Shown: piece by piece, positions 52,405-62,124 of the stretch
Position numbering within the stretch: position 1 is the stretch's first letter
Layout of the letters: each line of letters starts with the position of its first letter
Assembly: GCA_965223795.1 (NCBI GenBank)
Contig: CBDCXL010000002.1
Coordinates: forward strand, 2,208,001 to 2,272,000
Direction: 5' to 3'
From: Nitrospinales bacterium
GTDB taxonomy: Bacteria; Nitrospinota; Nitrospinia; Nitrospinales; VA-1
DNA: 64,000 bases
The notes under the pieces: model-generated
What the model saw: the letters and a program-made list of their open reading frames with translations, nothing else
Databases searched by the model: none
What the model was told of the DNA's origin: nothing
Made by a program: the position numbers and the translations under genes

Positions 52405-53154
52405 TTGAGCCTGGAGTCGCCCAATCTTTCCGTGGTGGTTTTGGCCTACCGCAGCGCCGGCACGCTGCCCGGATTCGTGGAATCCCTCAAAACGCTGCTG
52501 GAAGAGAACGAACCGGACTGGGAGATCGTTCTCGTGGGCAATTACCTGGAGGGTTCAGAAGACGCGACGCCGGAGGTGGCGCGGCGGCTGGCGGACGTGC
52601 ACCCGCGAATCCGCGCGTTGACGGAAGTGAAACAGGGAATGATGGGCTGGGACATGCAGAGCGGTCTCAAGGCAGCGAACGGCCGGGTGATCGCGGTGAT
52701 CGACGGGGACGGCCAGATGCCCGCCGAGGATGTGATCCGGGTGTATAAGCTGCTCGTTGCGGAAAACCTGGACCTCGCCAAAACCTTCCGGGTGCAGCGG
52801 GACGACGGCGCCTACCGGAAAATCATTTCCGGCGTCTACAATCTCGTGTTCGCGGTCCTGTTTCCGGGCATGGGCTGTAAGGACATTAATTCCAAACCCA
52901 AGGTGATGACGCGCGCCGCCTACAACCGCCTGAACCTGACGTCCAACGGCTGGTTCATCGATGCGGAGATCATGATCCAGGCGCGCCGTTTCCACTTCAA
53001 AATCGATGAAATCGAGACGGTGTTTCACGGTATCGACTCGCGGCCTTCGTTTGTCAAGCCGCTCTCGATCCTGGAATTTCTGGCCAACCTGATCTGGTTC
53101 CGCATCCTGGAATGTTTCCGTTCCTCAAAAAACAATCCGGAAGGCAAGTCCTGA
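52405..53154 (+). CDS. Glycosyltransferase family 2 (DPM1-like)
   Basis: LSVVVLAY, IDGDGQM, KDINSKPK, WFIDAE. Confidence 0.88.
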   Translation: MSLESPNLSVVVLAYRSAGTLPGFVESLKTLLEENEPDWEIVLVGNYLEGSEDATPEVARRLADVHPRIRALTEVKQGMMGWDMQSGLKAANGRVIAVIDGDGQMPAEDVIRVYKLLVAENLDLAKTFRVQRDDGAYRKIISGVYNLVFAVLFPGMGCKDINSKPKVMTRAAYNRLNLTSNGWFIDAEIMIQARRFHFKIDEIETVFHGIDSRPSFVKPLSILEFLANLIWFRILECFRSSKNNPEGKS

Positions 53155-53212
53155 CCGGAGCCGATTTTTTTCCGCGAAGGAGGAAGTATTGTTTGAAAAA
53201 CAATCGTAAGAA

Positions 53213-53340
53213 GAGATCTTTGCATAAGTCGATGATCTGTCATGCTGAGCCTGTCGAAGCATGATCCCTTAGCACCCTTCGACAAGCTCAGGGTGACAGT
53301 AATTTCTCAAATACTTAATGCTTGCCTATGCAAAGATCTC
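53213..53340. mobile_element. 128-bp nested-hairpin element (REP/MITE-like), copy 1
   Basis: Perfect 14-bp terminal IR GAGATCTTTGCATA/TATGCAAAGATCTC; inner IR TGTCATGCTGAGCCTGTCGAAG...CTTCGACAAGCTCAGGGTGACA; second copy at 62125. Confidence 0.75.
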
Positions 53341-53357
53341 AAAAGGATATTGATGGT

Positions 53358-54236
53358 ATGAAGGTGCTGGTCACCGGCGCTTCCGGGGGGCTGGGGGCGC
53401 GGCTGCTGCCGGCGTTATGCGCCGTTGCGAAGGTGCGGGCGCTGGTGCACAAAAAGCCGGTGGCGTTTGCGGATGTCGAGCCGGTGGCGGGCGATCTGTC
53501 CGACCTGGAATCGCTGCGTGCGGCCGCGGCCGGGGTGGACCGGGTGCTGCACCTTGCCGCGCAGACCAACACGCACCGCGAACAGGAATATTTTGATGTC
53601 AACGTCCAAGGCACGGAAAACCTGCTCACAGCCTGCACCGCGAGCGGCGTCGCGCGGTTCGTGTTCATGAGTTCCGGCGCCGCGCATGCGGACGGCGGCG
53701 CGTATTCTTTAAGCAAGCTGGAAGCGGAAGCGCGTGTGCGGGCGTGGCAGGGCGACTGGGTCATTCTGCGCGCGCGCGAGGTGTACGGTCCGGACATGAC
53801 CGAAGGTCTCGGCAAGCTCACAAGCTGGATCGACAGATTCGGCGCGGTTCCGGTGATCGGCGACGGCAGATACCAGTTGGCCCCGGTGCATGTGGACGAT
53901 GTGGTTCAGGCCTCGGTGCAGGCGGTGCGACGCGACGGGATCGCCGGAGACACGATCACGCTGGCGGGGCCGGAATCGCTGGAATTCATCGCGCTGGTGG
54001 ACCGGCTGGGAGCGCTCAGGGGCAAGCGGCCGAAAAAAATTTTCGTGCCCGCGGCGGGGATGCGCGTTGCCGCGAGACTGTTGTCGGCGCTCGGTGTTTC
54101 GGTTCTGGTTCCCGATCAGGTGGACCGGCTTTTATGCGACAAGCCCTCCGACAACTCGGCGGCGGCGCGCCTGCTGGATTTTAAGCCGCGCAGCCTGGAA
54201 GCGGGGCTTGGCGCGACACCGGCAACGGATCGCTAA
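53358..54236 (+). CDS. NAD-dependent epimerase/dehydratase
   Basis: VTGASGGLG, HLAA, NVQGT, YSLSK, VYGP. Confidence 0.9.
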   Translation: MKVLVTGASGGLGARLLPALCAVAKVRALVHKKPVAFADVEPVAGDLSDLESLRAAAAGVDRVLHLAAQTNTHREQEYFDVNVQGTENLLTACTASGVARFVFMSSGAAHADGGAYSLSKLEAEARVRAWQGDWVILRAREVYGPDMTEGLGKLTSWIDRFGAVPVIGDGRYQLAPVHVDDVVQASVQAVRRDGIAGDTITLAGPESLEFIALVDRLGALRGKRPKKIFVPAAGMRVAARLLSALGVSVLVPDQVDRLLCDKPSDNSAAARLLDFKPRSLEAGLGATPATDR

Positions 54237-55036
54237 ACGGAGGGTGCGGGGCGCGGCTGCGCGGGGGCGTCGAGAGGCTTGCTCGCGGTGGCGATGTATT
54301 GCCCGCCGAGCGGAAACCGCTCCAGCTTAGCTTCGAGCGGCAGAAGGGCTTTGAGGCTTTTGGGAAAAAAAGTGGTGAAGCGGATGCGGACGTTTTGGAA
54401 TTTCTGCTGGCGCAGCGATCGTTTCATCCTGGCGGGGTGGATCAGGACCGCGTCTTTATCGAGAGGACAATCGGCCACGATTTTTCTGGTGAAGGGATTC
54501 AAGGGATTGTGTTCCCAGATCACGACCTTGCCGCCCGGAGCGAGCAACCGCAGGAAACGCTGGAAGTGTTCGGCGTGTTGGTCCTGCGGAATGTGGTGAA
54601 ACACGCCAGAGGCGAATATCACATCGTAGGGACGCTGCTGCCATTCAGGGTCATCGGATGTGAAAAACGTAAGGGCGTCTGCATAGCGGTCGCGGGCTTT
54701 CCCGATCATTTTTTCGGACAGATCGACGCCCTGGTATTCGGCGATGGGGAAAAAACCGTGGAACGCTTCGTATAAATTGCCCGTCCCGCAACCGAAGTCG
54801 AGAAAACGGATCGGATGCTGGCTCCAGTCGGGAAACAGCGCAGCCAGTTTTCGCAGTTTCACCAGCACCATCTCCTGGACGTCGAATCCGGTGACCTGCA
54901 GCGACTCATTCATCAGCGCATCATAATCCTCGGAATGAGCGTCGAAGGGCTGTCCCTTTGCCGCAATCGGCGAGGTAGTACTGCACTTGTGCCGCATGCC
55001 CAAATCAATCATCGGTGTCTGTGTGGATTCAGTCAT
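54233..55036 (-). CDS. Class I SAM-dependent methyltransferase
   Basis: LDFGCGTG, GVDLS, VFHHIP, EHNPLNP, LGGQY; start uncertain. Confidence 0.87.
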   Translation of the reverse strand: MTESTQTPMIDLGMRHKCSTTSPIAAKGQPFDAHSEDYDALMNESLQVTGFDVQEMVLVKLRKLAALFPDWSQHPIRFLDFGCGTGNLYEAFHGFFPIAEYQGVDLSEKMIGKARDRYADALTFFTSDDPEWQQRPYDVIFASGVFHHIPQDQHAEHFQRFLRLLAPGGKVVIWEHNPLNPFTRKIVADCPLDKDAVLIHPARMKRSLRQQKFQNVRIRFTTFFPKSLKALLPLEAKLERFPLGGQYIATASKPLDAPAQPRPAPSV

Positions 55037-55124
55037 GACTGTGCCGGGATACAGGGGCTGGGGAAGAGGAAACGGTGATGCCGTCTCGGGTTGCGAAGAT
55101 CGAAATCCAACGGAGCAAATCTTA

Positions 55125-56260
55125 TCATAAGGTTTGGTAAAGATCCAGATAACGCCGCATGATTTCCTGCCAGCCGAATTTTCGCCGCACTGTGTTCTGC
55201 ATTTTTTCCCCGAACGCCTTGCGGGTGTTTGCGTCTGACAGGCAGCGGATGCGATCGGCGATTGCTTTCGGGTCCGCGGGTACCAGAAAACCGGTTTCTC
55301 CCTCCTCAACGATCTCCCGCGCCACGCCCACGGGTGTGGCCACAACAGGCAGCGCGTGCGCCGCCGCTTCCAGAATGGGCTGGGCGAAATTTTCGTAGCG
55401 CGACGGGTAGAGGAACACGTCGGCGTTTTTATAAAAGACCGGGAGTTTTTCGGGCGCTACCGGGCCGGTGAACGTCACACGCTGCTCAATGCCCAGAAAA
55501 CGCGCCAGGTCTTTCAGTTCCTCAAGGTAGCCCGCTCTCTCCACGCTCGCGGTGCGCTCCTCGCCGCCGACCACGGTCAGGTGACACGGAATCGCGAGCG
55601 CTTTCACCGCCTTGAGGATCAGCTCGACCCGGCGGACGCGCGCGATGCGTCCGGCGAACAGCAGCCTGAGCGGCGCGTCTTCGCAGCCCGCTGCATTGCC
55701 GTTGGGAGCGGGGACGTCGATGCCCATCGGGATGATGCTGAGCTTGCGCGCGGGCAGTCCAAACTCCAGGGCGTCCTGAAATTCCTGATGCGAGGACACG
55801 ACGATGCGGTCGGCGCGGCGGGCGGCGGCTTTGAGCGTGAGGCCGTCGTAGAGCCGGTAAGGCAGACGCGCAAGCGGAGAGGACAGGTAGTTGCGGAAGC
55901 CGGTGAGCGAGCCGTGCGTGTTCAGCACGAACGGCTTGTTTTTCAGCTGGGCAAAAAAAAACCGCAGTCGGTTTGAAAGTTGCGGTAGTTGTGGCTGTGG
56001 ATCAGGTCGTGCCCTTGCAAGTGTTTCCACATCCCCAGGCTGACGGCATAGCGCATCAGGCGGAACTGAATCCTGTTGCGGATGACGCGAACGAGCTGGA
56101 TGGTTTCGCGAGCGGGCAGATTGTTGTCCACGTCGCAGTAGGTGGTGAGCACGGGCGAGGCGACGCCCTGCGCTTCCAGGCGGTTGGAGATCTGGAAGGC
56201 CTGGTTGACGGGCCCGCACACATAGGGCAGGAAGGTTTCGATCGTTCTTAGGACTTTCAA
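55125..56260 (-). pseudogene. GT4 glycosyltransferase split by a frameshift at a T9 homopolymer
   Basis: N-half 55943..56260 (MKVLRTIETFLPYVCGP...HSH) and C-half (AQLKNKPFVLNTHG...PSRYENFAQPILEA) join at A9 55953-55961. Confidence 0.88.
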
Positions 56261-56297
56261 TTTTTTCAGCCGGACTGCCGTGCCATCACGGCCGGGT

Positions 56298-56693
56298 TCA
56301 TTGCAATTTATTGTACGTATCCGGTTGCAACCGTTGCTGGTCGAGCACGGATTCGAGCTGCTTTTTTTCGTGATCGAGGATGCCCAGATGCTGGGTGAGC
56401 ATCCGCACCTGGTTGGTGAGGGCGGAAATGCGGATGGAAAAGTGCAGGCAGATGACCATGAGAAACACCAGGCCGGAAAAAAACAGCGTCGAGGTGAACA
56501 GCGTCGCGCCGGCGAGGTCGGAGATCCAGATGAGAAGGTCCTCGGAGATGGACAGGATGAGCATCAGCGTCCCGGTCACCAGCCAGCCCAGCGAATACTC
56601 TTCGTTGAGGTGCTTGCGCCGCACCAGCTCGAACACGTAGGCAACCAGGAAGATGCAGATGAGTATGGCTATGATTCGGATTCGCGGCGGCAT
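56298..56693 (-). CDS. DUF2304 family membrane protein
   Basis: ELVRRKHLNEEYSLGW, TMs, SIRISALTNQVRMLTQ coiled tail; overlaps the GT2 gene. Confidence 0.85.
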   Translation of the reverse strand: MPPRIRIIAILICIFLVAYVFELVRRKHLNEEYSLGWLVTGTLMLILSISEDLLIWISDLAGATLFTSTLFFSGLVFLMVICLHFSIRISALTNQVRMLTQHLGILDHEKKQLESVLDQQRLQPDTYNKLQ

Positions 56694-57454
56694 GCGGACG
56701 CTCCTTGCGGTTTCTGCCTGAGCAGGGTGACGAAGATGGAAAGAAACATTTTAAACACGTAGTACACAGTCTTGTGTCCCCGGTGCATGGATTTGTTATC
56801 CGGGCTCGGCAGCATGGTGACGGGGATCTCGCGCATCTTGAATCCGCAGCGGTGCAGCATGATGATGAAATCCGCGTCCGGGTAATCGGGCGGATAGTAA
56901 TCGCTGGCGACGAAGCGGATGGCGTCGCCGCGCCAGACCTGAAACCCCGATGTCGGGTCGGAGATCCGCTGCCGGCAAAGGATGGAGGCGAGTCTGCCGA
57001 AAATGCGCATGCCCAGATGCCGTGCCCAGGTGGTTTTATACGGGCTCGTTCCCAGAAACCGGGAGCCCATCACCACGTCGAGATCGCTTTCCCCGATTTC
57101 GCGCAGAAGATCGACGATGAACCGGGGATCGTGCTGGCCGTCCGCGTCCATCTGCACGACGGTGGTGAAATGGTTTTTGAGGGCGTAGATGAATCCTGTC
57201 TGCAGCGCCACGCCGTAGCCCGAGTTGAACGGCAGGGAGATGACGCGGGCGCCCAGTTTTTTCGCGACACGGGCGGTGCCGTCGGAGGAGCCGTCATTGA
57301 TCACCAGGATGGGGACGCCGGGAACATGGCGTTTGACGCCCAGCAGCACCGGTCCGATGTTTTTTTCTTCGTTGAACGCCGGGATCACAACCAGCGTGCC
57401 ATCCGGCGCGATGCAGGTGCCCTCGAACGACGGAACGGGCCGCGGTTGTTCCAC
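56669..57454 (-). CDS. Glycosyltransferase family 2 (polyprenol-phosphate sugar synthase-like)
   Basis: VIPAFNEE, NDGSSDGT, ALQTG, MDADGQH, GSRF, DPTSGF; start uncertain (ORF open to 57628). Confidence 0.9.
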   Translation of the reverse strand: MEQPRPVPSFEGTCIAPDGTLVVIPAFNEEKNIGPVLLGVKRHVPGVPILVINDGSSDGTARVAKKLGARVISLPFNSGYGVALQTGFIYALKNHFTTVVQMDADGQHDPRFIVDLLREIGESDLDVVMGSRFLGTSPYKTTWARHLGMRIFGRLASILCRQRISDPTSGFQVWRGDAIRFVASDYYPPDYPDADFIIMLHRCGFKMREIPVTMLPSPDNKSMHRGHKTVYYVFKMFLSIFVTLLRQKPQGASACRRESES

Positions 57455-57742
57455 GGGCACGCCCAGCGGCACGGGCGTGGCCAGATGGAAGCGTTTGAGT
57501 TTCTGTCCGCGCAGGCTCAACAGCCGCCTCCAGCGTGAGACCGCAACGCACCGCCGGGGCGGGTGCTGTTGCAGCTGGGGGATGCGGTGTGCCTCAACCG
57601 GAAAGGACGGCAGGGAATTTTTATACAATGACTCACATTTAAAGAAACGGTTCCTGTTTCTCTAAACTTGAATCAAAAACGCATCCGCCAAGAATCGCAT
57701 CCGGTTTTCCGCCCCCTACGGGGCCCCGTCTGGCAAACCGCG

Positions 57743-58780
57743 TCAGGCGAAGTCCCGGTTGATGGTCTGGATCATCTGGTTGAGGCGTCCGAAACTCTTC
57801 TGGTTGAAATTCAGGACGAGACGCGGCAGATCGAGGTGCTCCTGGTTGATTTTTTCATCTTCCAGGGGCAGCGAGGGTTCGATGACCCCATCGACGAGAA
57901 TGTCCTTGAATTCGGCGTTCAGGCGGCTCACGAGGGATGCGGGAATCTCTTTGTTGAAGCGCATTATAGTGCGGCTGCGCACGTAGCGCAGGGAATGGTA
58001 GACGTGGTAGTAATCCTGGATGATGCGCGTCGCTTCCTGGGGGGAATGGGCGAGCTGAAACAGGTGCCGGTCTTCCGGGGAGATGTAGCCTTTTTTAACG
58101 AGCACCGAGTCGACGAATTCGATCCAGCTCGGCCAGTAGGTTCCGTCGGGGGCTTCGAGCAGAACGATGGGGCGGGGCAGGGTTTTTCCGGTCTGAAACA
58201 GGGTGAGGTTCTCGAAGCCCTCGTCCTGGGTGCCGAAGCCGCCGGGCAGCAGCACGGTGGCGTCGGATTCCTTGATGAAAAAAAGTTTGCGGGTGAAAAA
58301 ATATTTGTAGTTCACCAGCTTGGGGTCGCCGTCGATGTAGGGATTGGCGGACTGCTCGAACGGCAGCTGGATGTTCAGCCCGAAGCTGTTGCCCTCGCAG
58401 GCGCCCTTGTTCGCCGCTTCCATGATGCCGGGACCGCCTCCGGAGATGATCATGAACCCCTTATCGACCAGCATGCGGCACAGATTCTCGGTCAGGGCGT
58501 AATCGGGGTCGTCCAGAGCGGTGCGGGCGGAGCCGAACACGGTCACTTTGCGCACCTTGCGGTTGGCGTGAAACACGCGAAACGAGTGGCGCAGTTCCTT
58601 GACGGTCGTGTTTGTCAGCTTAAAGTCACCCAAATCAACGTGTTCCATCGCAAGTTTGGTCACGGTGGTGAGGATCTGCCGGAACATTTCCCTGCATTCG
58701 CCCGAGGCGCTGACCTCGGTCAGGGAGTCGATCAGGCCGTCGATTTCGGGATCGCCAATATTGTACCGGTTGTTCGCCAT
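57743..58780 (-). CDS. LOG family protein
   Basis: VFGSAR, GGGPGIMEAAN, LPFEQ, YFFTRK, PGGFGTQDE. Confidence 0.92.
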   Translation of the reverse strand: MANNRYNIGDPEIDGLIDSLTEVSASGECREMFRQILTTVTKLAMEHVDLGDFKLTNTTVKELRHSFRVFHANRKVRKVTVFGSARTALDDPDYALTENLCRMLVDKGFMIISGGGPGIMEAANKGACEGNSFGLNIQLPFEQSANPYIDGDPKLVNYKYFFTRKLFFIKESDATVLLPGGFGTQDEGFENLTLFQTGKTLPRPIVLLEAPDGTYWPSWIEFVDSVLVKKGYISPEDRHLFQLAHSPQEATRIIQDYYHVYHSLRYVRSRTIMRFNKEIPASLVSRLNAEFKDILVDGVIEPSLPLEDEKINQEHLDLPRLVLNFNQKSFGRLNQMIQTINRDFA

Positions 58781-58892
58781 ATCAGGTTCTTGCCTGTTTC
58801 AGAAAGGTTTGTTATACAATATGCGATTCAATGCTGATACAATCATTTGCAGCCGAAGCCGTCTGTAGATTACAGGAAGGATCGATTCGCAT

Positions 58893-59090
58893 ATGAACGA
58901 TAAGGTTTTGATCATCGCCATCGTCAGCCTGCTGGTGATCGGGATGCTGGGGGTTCTGGGCATCGTCATCCCCTGGGTGTGGGAGCGCGGCGTTCCCAAC
59001 TGGAAGCAGCTCCTCCTCGACGACGGGCTGATCATCGCGGCTCTGGCTTTGTTCGTCTATGGGTTCTACATGAACACCCGCATGCATTAA
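58893..59090 (+). CDS. Small two-TM membrane protein
   Basis: 65 aa with two hydrophobic helices, AGGA upstream. Confidence 0.6.
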   Translation: MNDKVLIIAIVSLLVIGMLGVLGIVIPWVWERGVPNWKQLLLDDGLIIAALALFVYGFYMNTRMH

Positions 59091-59881
59091 AGCAAAATCC
59101 TTTCCGGGTTGCGGATTTTGTAGAGCACGAGGCCCAGAATTGCCAGTGTGATCGCCGTACCCGCCAGTCCCATCACAAACTCTCCGATGTAAAACGTCAC
59201 GGCGAGGTTGAACACCAGCACGCCGAAGTACAAAGCGGGACCCCACAGCGCCTGAAAGGGGAGGTCCGCCCGCGGCGGCGGCTCGCCCTGGCTCCAGAAC
59301 CGGTTGATCGCGCAGAACGCGGTGAGGATCGTCGTGCCCACCAGAAACCAGCCCGCGAAATTGGTCAGCGGGATGTTGAAGTACTCGCCTTCCTCCTGAT
59401 AGGTGTAGATTTTTCCCAAAAACCAGCGGTCGCCGAGAAAGGCCACCGGGTCGATGATGACGTCCATCATCATGAACAGAAACGCGCCGGTGAAAATGAC
59501 GCGCAGGGAAAACAGGGTTTCCTTTGTGTCCACGAGGCGCACGTCCCAGCCGTTTTTTTTCAGCGGCGACCAGAGCAGCAGGCTCATGGTGAGGCTGATG
59601 TAGGACAGGAACGAATACGAAAGCGAGTCCATGAACGGGACGTTGCTGATCCACAGCTCGCGGTCGCGGGTGGTGTCGATGTAGCTGTAGAAGCCGTAGG
59701 GAAAACCGTTGCGCGTGGAGGAATATTCGGACAGGAAGGCGATGCCGTAGGCGAGAACGGTGAACACCAGTGAGCGGGCGAGCCCCATGTTCTTGATCGC
59801 GATGGCCAGGTAAAAGGCAAGAAACACGAACACGTAGGGACGCAGCAGCACGGTTCCCCAAAGCAGTTCTAAAACTTCCAT
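59087..59881 (-). CDS. CruF-like (carotenoid biosynthesis family) membrane protein
   Basis: GFPYGFYSY, DVIIDPVA, YFNIPLTNFAGW; ATG overlaps hpnA stop. Confidence 0.8.
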   Translation of the reverse strand: MEVLELLWGTVLLRPYVFVFLAFYLAIAIKNMGLARSLVFTVLAYGIAFLSEYSSTRNGFPYGFYSYIDTTRDRELWISNVPFMDSLSYSFLSYISLTMSLLLWSPLKKNGWDVRLVDTKETLFSLRVIFTGAFLFMMMDVIIDPVAFLGDRWFLGKIYTYQEEGEYFNIPLTNFAGWFLVGTTILTAFCAINRFWSQGEPPPRADLPFQALWGPALYFGVLVFNLAVTFYIGEFVMGLAGTAITLAILGLVLYKIRNPERILL

Positions 59882-60882
59882 CAGGCCTGTGTGCGGTAAC
59901 GGGACTGGTGCGCCTGAAACCACTCCACGGAGGCTCTCAGCGCGTCCTCGACCGGGTTTTGCGGCAGGCCCAACTGTTGGACCGCTTTCGACGCATCGAA
60001 GTACATGAAGTACTTCGCCATCTTCACGCCGCCGAGAGGCACCGCCGGGGGCTTTTTCGTGATGGTGTTGGACACCGCTTCCGAGACCCATCCCGCGGTC
60101 CAGGCGACCCAGTAGGGCATCTTCACGGCCGGGGCTTTCAGGCCGGTGATTGTTTCCAGCATCAGCAGGATTTCCCTGAGCGAGCAATTGCGGTTTCCGA
60201 GGATGTAGCGCTCGCCGGGCACGCCTTTCTGCTCAGCGAGGAGGTGGCCGCGGGCGCAGTCGTGCACGTCGATGAGGTTGAGGCCGGTGTCCAGGTACGC
60301 GGGCATTTTGCGGTGCAGAAAATCCAGCACGATTTTTCCGGTCGGCGTGGGTTTGATGTCGCGCGGGCCGACGGGCGTGCTGGGATTGACGATGACCACG
60401 GGCAGGCCGTTTTGGTGAAATTCTTTCGCCACCTGTTCGGCCTGGTATTTGGATCGCTTGTAATCGTTGCACAGTGTTGCAGGATCGAAAGGCGTGTTCT
60501 CGTTGGCGGGTGTGCGGTCCGGGTTGAGCCCGATGCAGCCCACCGTGCTGGTGTAGATCACTTTGCGGAGCCCGGCTTCGGCGGCGGCCTTTAAGATGTT
60601 GCGGGTGCCCTGCACGTTGATCTCGTAGATCGAGGGCTTATCCTTGACCCACAGGCTGTAATAGGCGGCGGCGTGATAGAGGACGTCGCAGCCTTTCAGA
60701 GCGCGGCGGAGCGAGTCGATGTCGCGCAGATCGCCGGTCACGGGTTCGGCGTCCAGTCCCTCGATGTTGTCGAGCCCGGTTCCCTCGCGCACCAGGACCT
60801 TCACCGCGCGCCCTTCGGCAAGCAGCTCGCGCAGGATGGCGGAGCCCAGAAATCCGGTGGTGCCGGTGACGCAGGTTTTCAT
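59881..60882 (-). CDS. hpnA: Hopanoid-associated sugar epimerase-like protein
   Basis: TGTTGFLG, HAAAYYSLW, YKRSK, VNPSTPVGPRDIKPTPTG, YLDTGLN. Confidence 0.85.
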   Translation of the reverse strand: MKTCVTGTTGFLGSAILRELLAEGRAVKVLVREGTGLDNIEGLDAEPVTGDLRDIDSLRRALKGCDVLYHAAAYYSLWVKDKPSIYEINVQGTRNILKAAAEAGLRKVIYTSTVGCIGLNPDRTPANENTPFDPATLCNDYKRSKYQAEQVAKEFHQNGLPVVIVNPSTPVGPRDIKPTPTGKIVLDFLHRKMPAYLDTGLNLIDVHDCARGHLLAEQKGVPGERYILGNRNCSLREILLMLETITGLKAPAVKMPYWVAWTAGWVSEAVSNTITKKPPAVPLGGVKMAKYFMYFDASKAVQQLGLPQNPVEDALRASVEWFQAHQSRYRTQA

Positions 60883-61029
60883 GGCGATCGAAACAAAATG
60901 GACAAAGAGAATAGGATCATGCCGGGCGCGCCGTTTTCATGAATCGAAGAGGGTCTGGATTGCATTGGCGCCGGGCGGAAGCCGCGGCTGGGTTCGGATT
61001 GGATTCCGTGCATCCTGTGAAATGCAGAG

Positions 61030-62082
61030 TCAGATGAAAATCTGGATTTCCGCGGTCTTTTTCAACTCCACAAGCAGGGCGTCCCGCAGTTTTTCCGCTT
61101 CTTTTTTGGAAAGGATGTTGAGGATGTCGGCCTTCACTTCATCGTAAGTCGCTTTCTGGCTGGGGATCTTGTCGGTCAGCTGGATGATGTGATAGCCGAA
61201 CTGGCTGGTGATGACGCCGGAGGTTTCCCCTTTTTTCAGTTTGGTCATGGCTTTGGCGACGGCCGGGATGGTGGTTTCAGGCAGCAGGACGCCCAGGTCG
61301 CCGCCTTTCTCAACGGTGGCCTCGTCTTCGGAAAACTGTTTGACCAGCTTGACGAAATCGCCTCCCGCCTTCACTTTCTTCGCGGCGCGTTCGATTTTTT
61401 TCTTCGCTTCGGCGTTGATGCCGTCCACGATCCGTTTGGCTTTGGCGGCGGCGTCTTTATCGTCGGTCTTGCCCTCGGAGTCGGCCAGTTTCGCCACGAA
61501 AATATGGCGGACATGGTACATCTCCGGCTTGATGAACGAATCCGCATTCTTGTCGTAGAACTCTTTGGCGCGCGATTCCTTGACATCGACCTTGGGGAAA
61601 ATCGCCTTGCGCAAATATTTTTCCGATACCAGCTGTTTTTCGATTTTTTCCCGCAGCATGCCGCGGGTCAGTTTCTGCATGGCCAGGGCCCGTTCAAAAA
61701 AAGGCACGCTGGGAAACTGGTCCTCGATCTTTTTGAGTTCTTTGAGAACGATCTCGGAGGGAACCTGTACGTCCATTTTGCGGGCCTTCTGATAAATCAA
61801 TTCCTTCTCGATTTCCTTGTTGAGGATTTTGCGCGCGATCCCCATCTCCGAATCGGCTGAGACCTTCTTTCCCTGCCTGGCGGACACCATTTTGTAGGCC
61901 ATCATTTCCCGCTCCAGCACGTTGACCTTGACTTCGATGCCGTTCACCGACGCCACCACCTCCGGCACGGTTTTTCCGTCGAGAGTGAACGCCTTGTCAT
62001 CGGCGGCGGCCGAGGAAGCGAGAATTGCGAGAAAAACGAATTGAACGGTTGCTGCGAGAAACCACTTACGGCTTGTATCCAT
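61030..62082 (-). CDS. SurA/PrsA-like peptidyl-prolyl isomerase
   Basis: Signal peptide, VASVNG, VRHIFV, FSED, GGDLG, SQFGYHII; start MDTSRK. Confidence 0.88.
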   Translation of the reverse strand: MDTSRKWFLAATVQFVFLAILASSAAADDKAFTLDGKTVPEVVASVNGIEVKVNVLEREMMAYKMVSARQGKKVSADSEMGIARKILNKEIEKELIYQKARKMDVQVPSEIVLKELKKIEDQFPSVPFFERALAMQKLTRGMLREKIEKQLVSEKYLRKAIFPKVDVKESRAKEFYDKNADSFIKPEMYHVRHIFVAKLADSEGKTDDKDAAAKAKRIVDGINAEAKKKIERAAKKVKAGGDFVKLVKQFSEDEATVEKGGDLGVLLPETTIPAVAKAMTKLKKGETSGVITSQFGYHIIQLTDKIPSQKATYDEVKADILNILSKKEAEKLRDALLVELKKTAEIQIFI

Positions 62083-62124
62083 GAGTCTCTTTGCTTTTGT
62101 ATTGGAGGATGCGTATGTCCACAA

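Noticed and set aside
57460..57665. SRP RNA or other ncRNA (hairpin 57543-57572, CCGGAAAGG)
   Set aside because: Does not match the SRP domain IV consensus; an isolated GC-rich hairpin is not enough evidence
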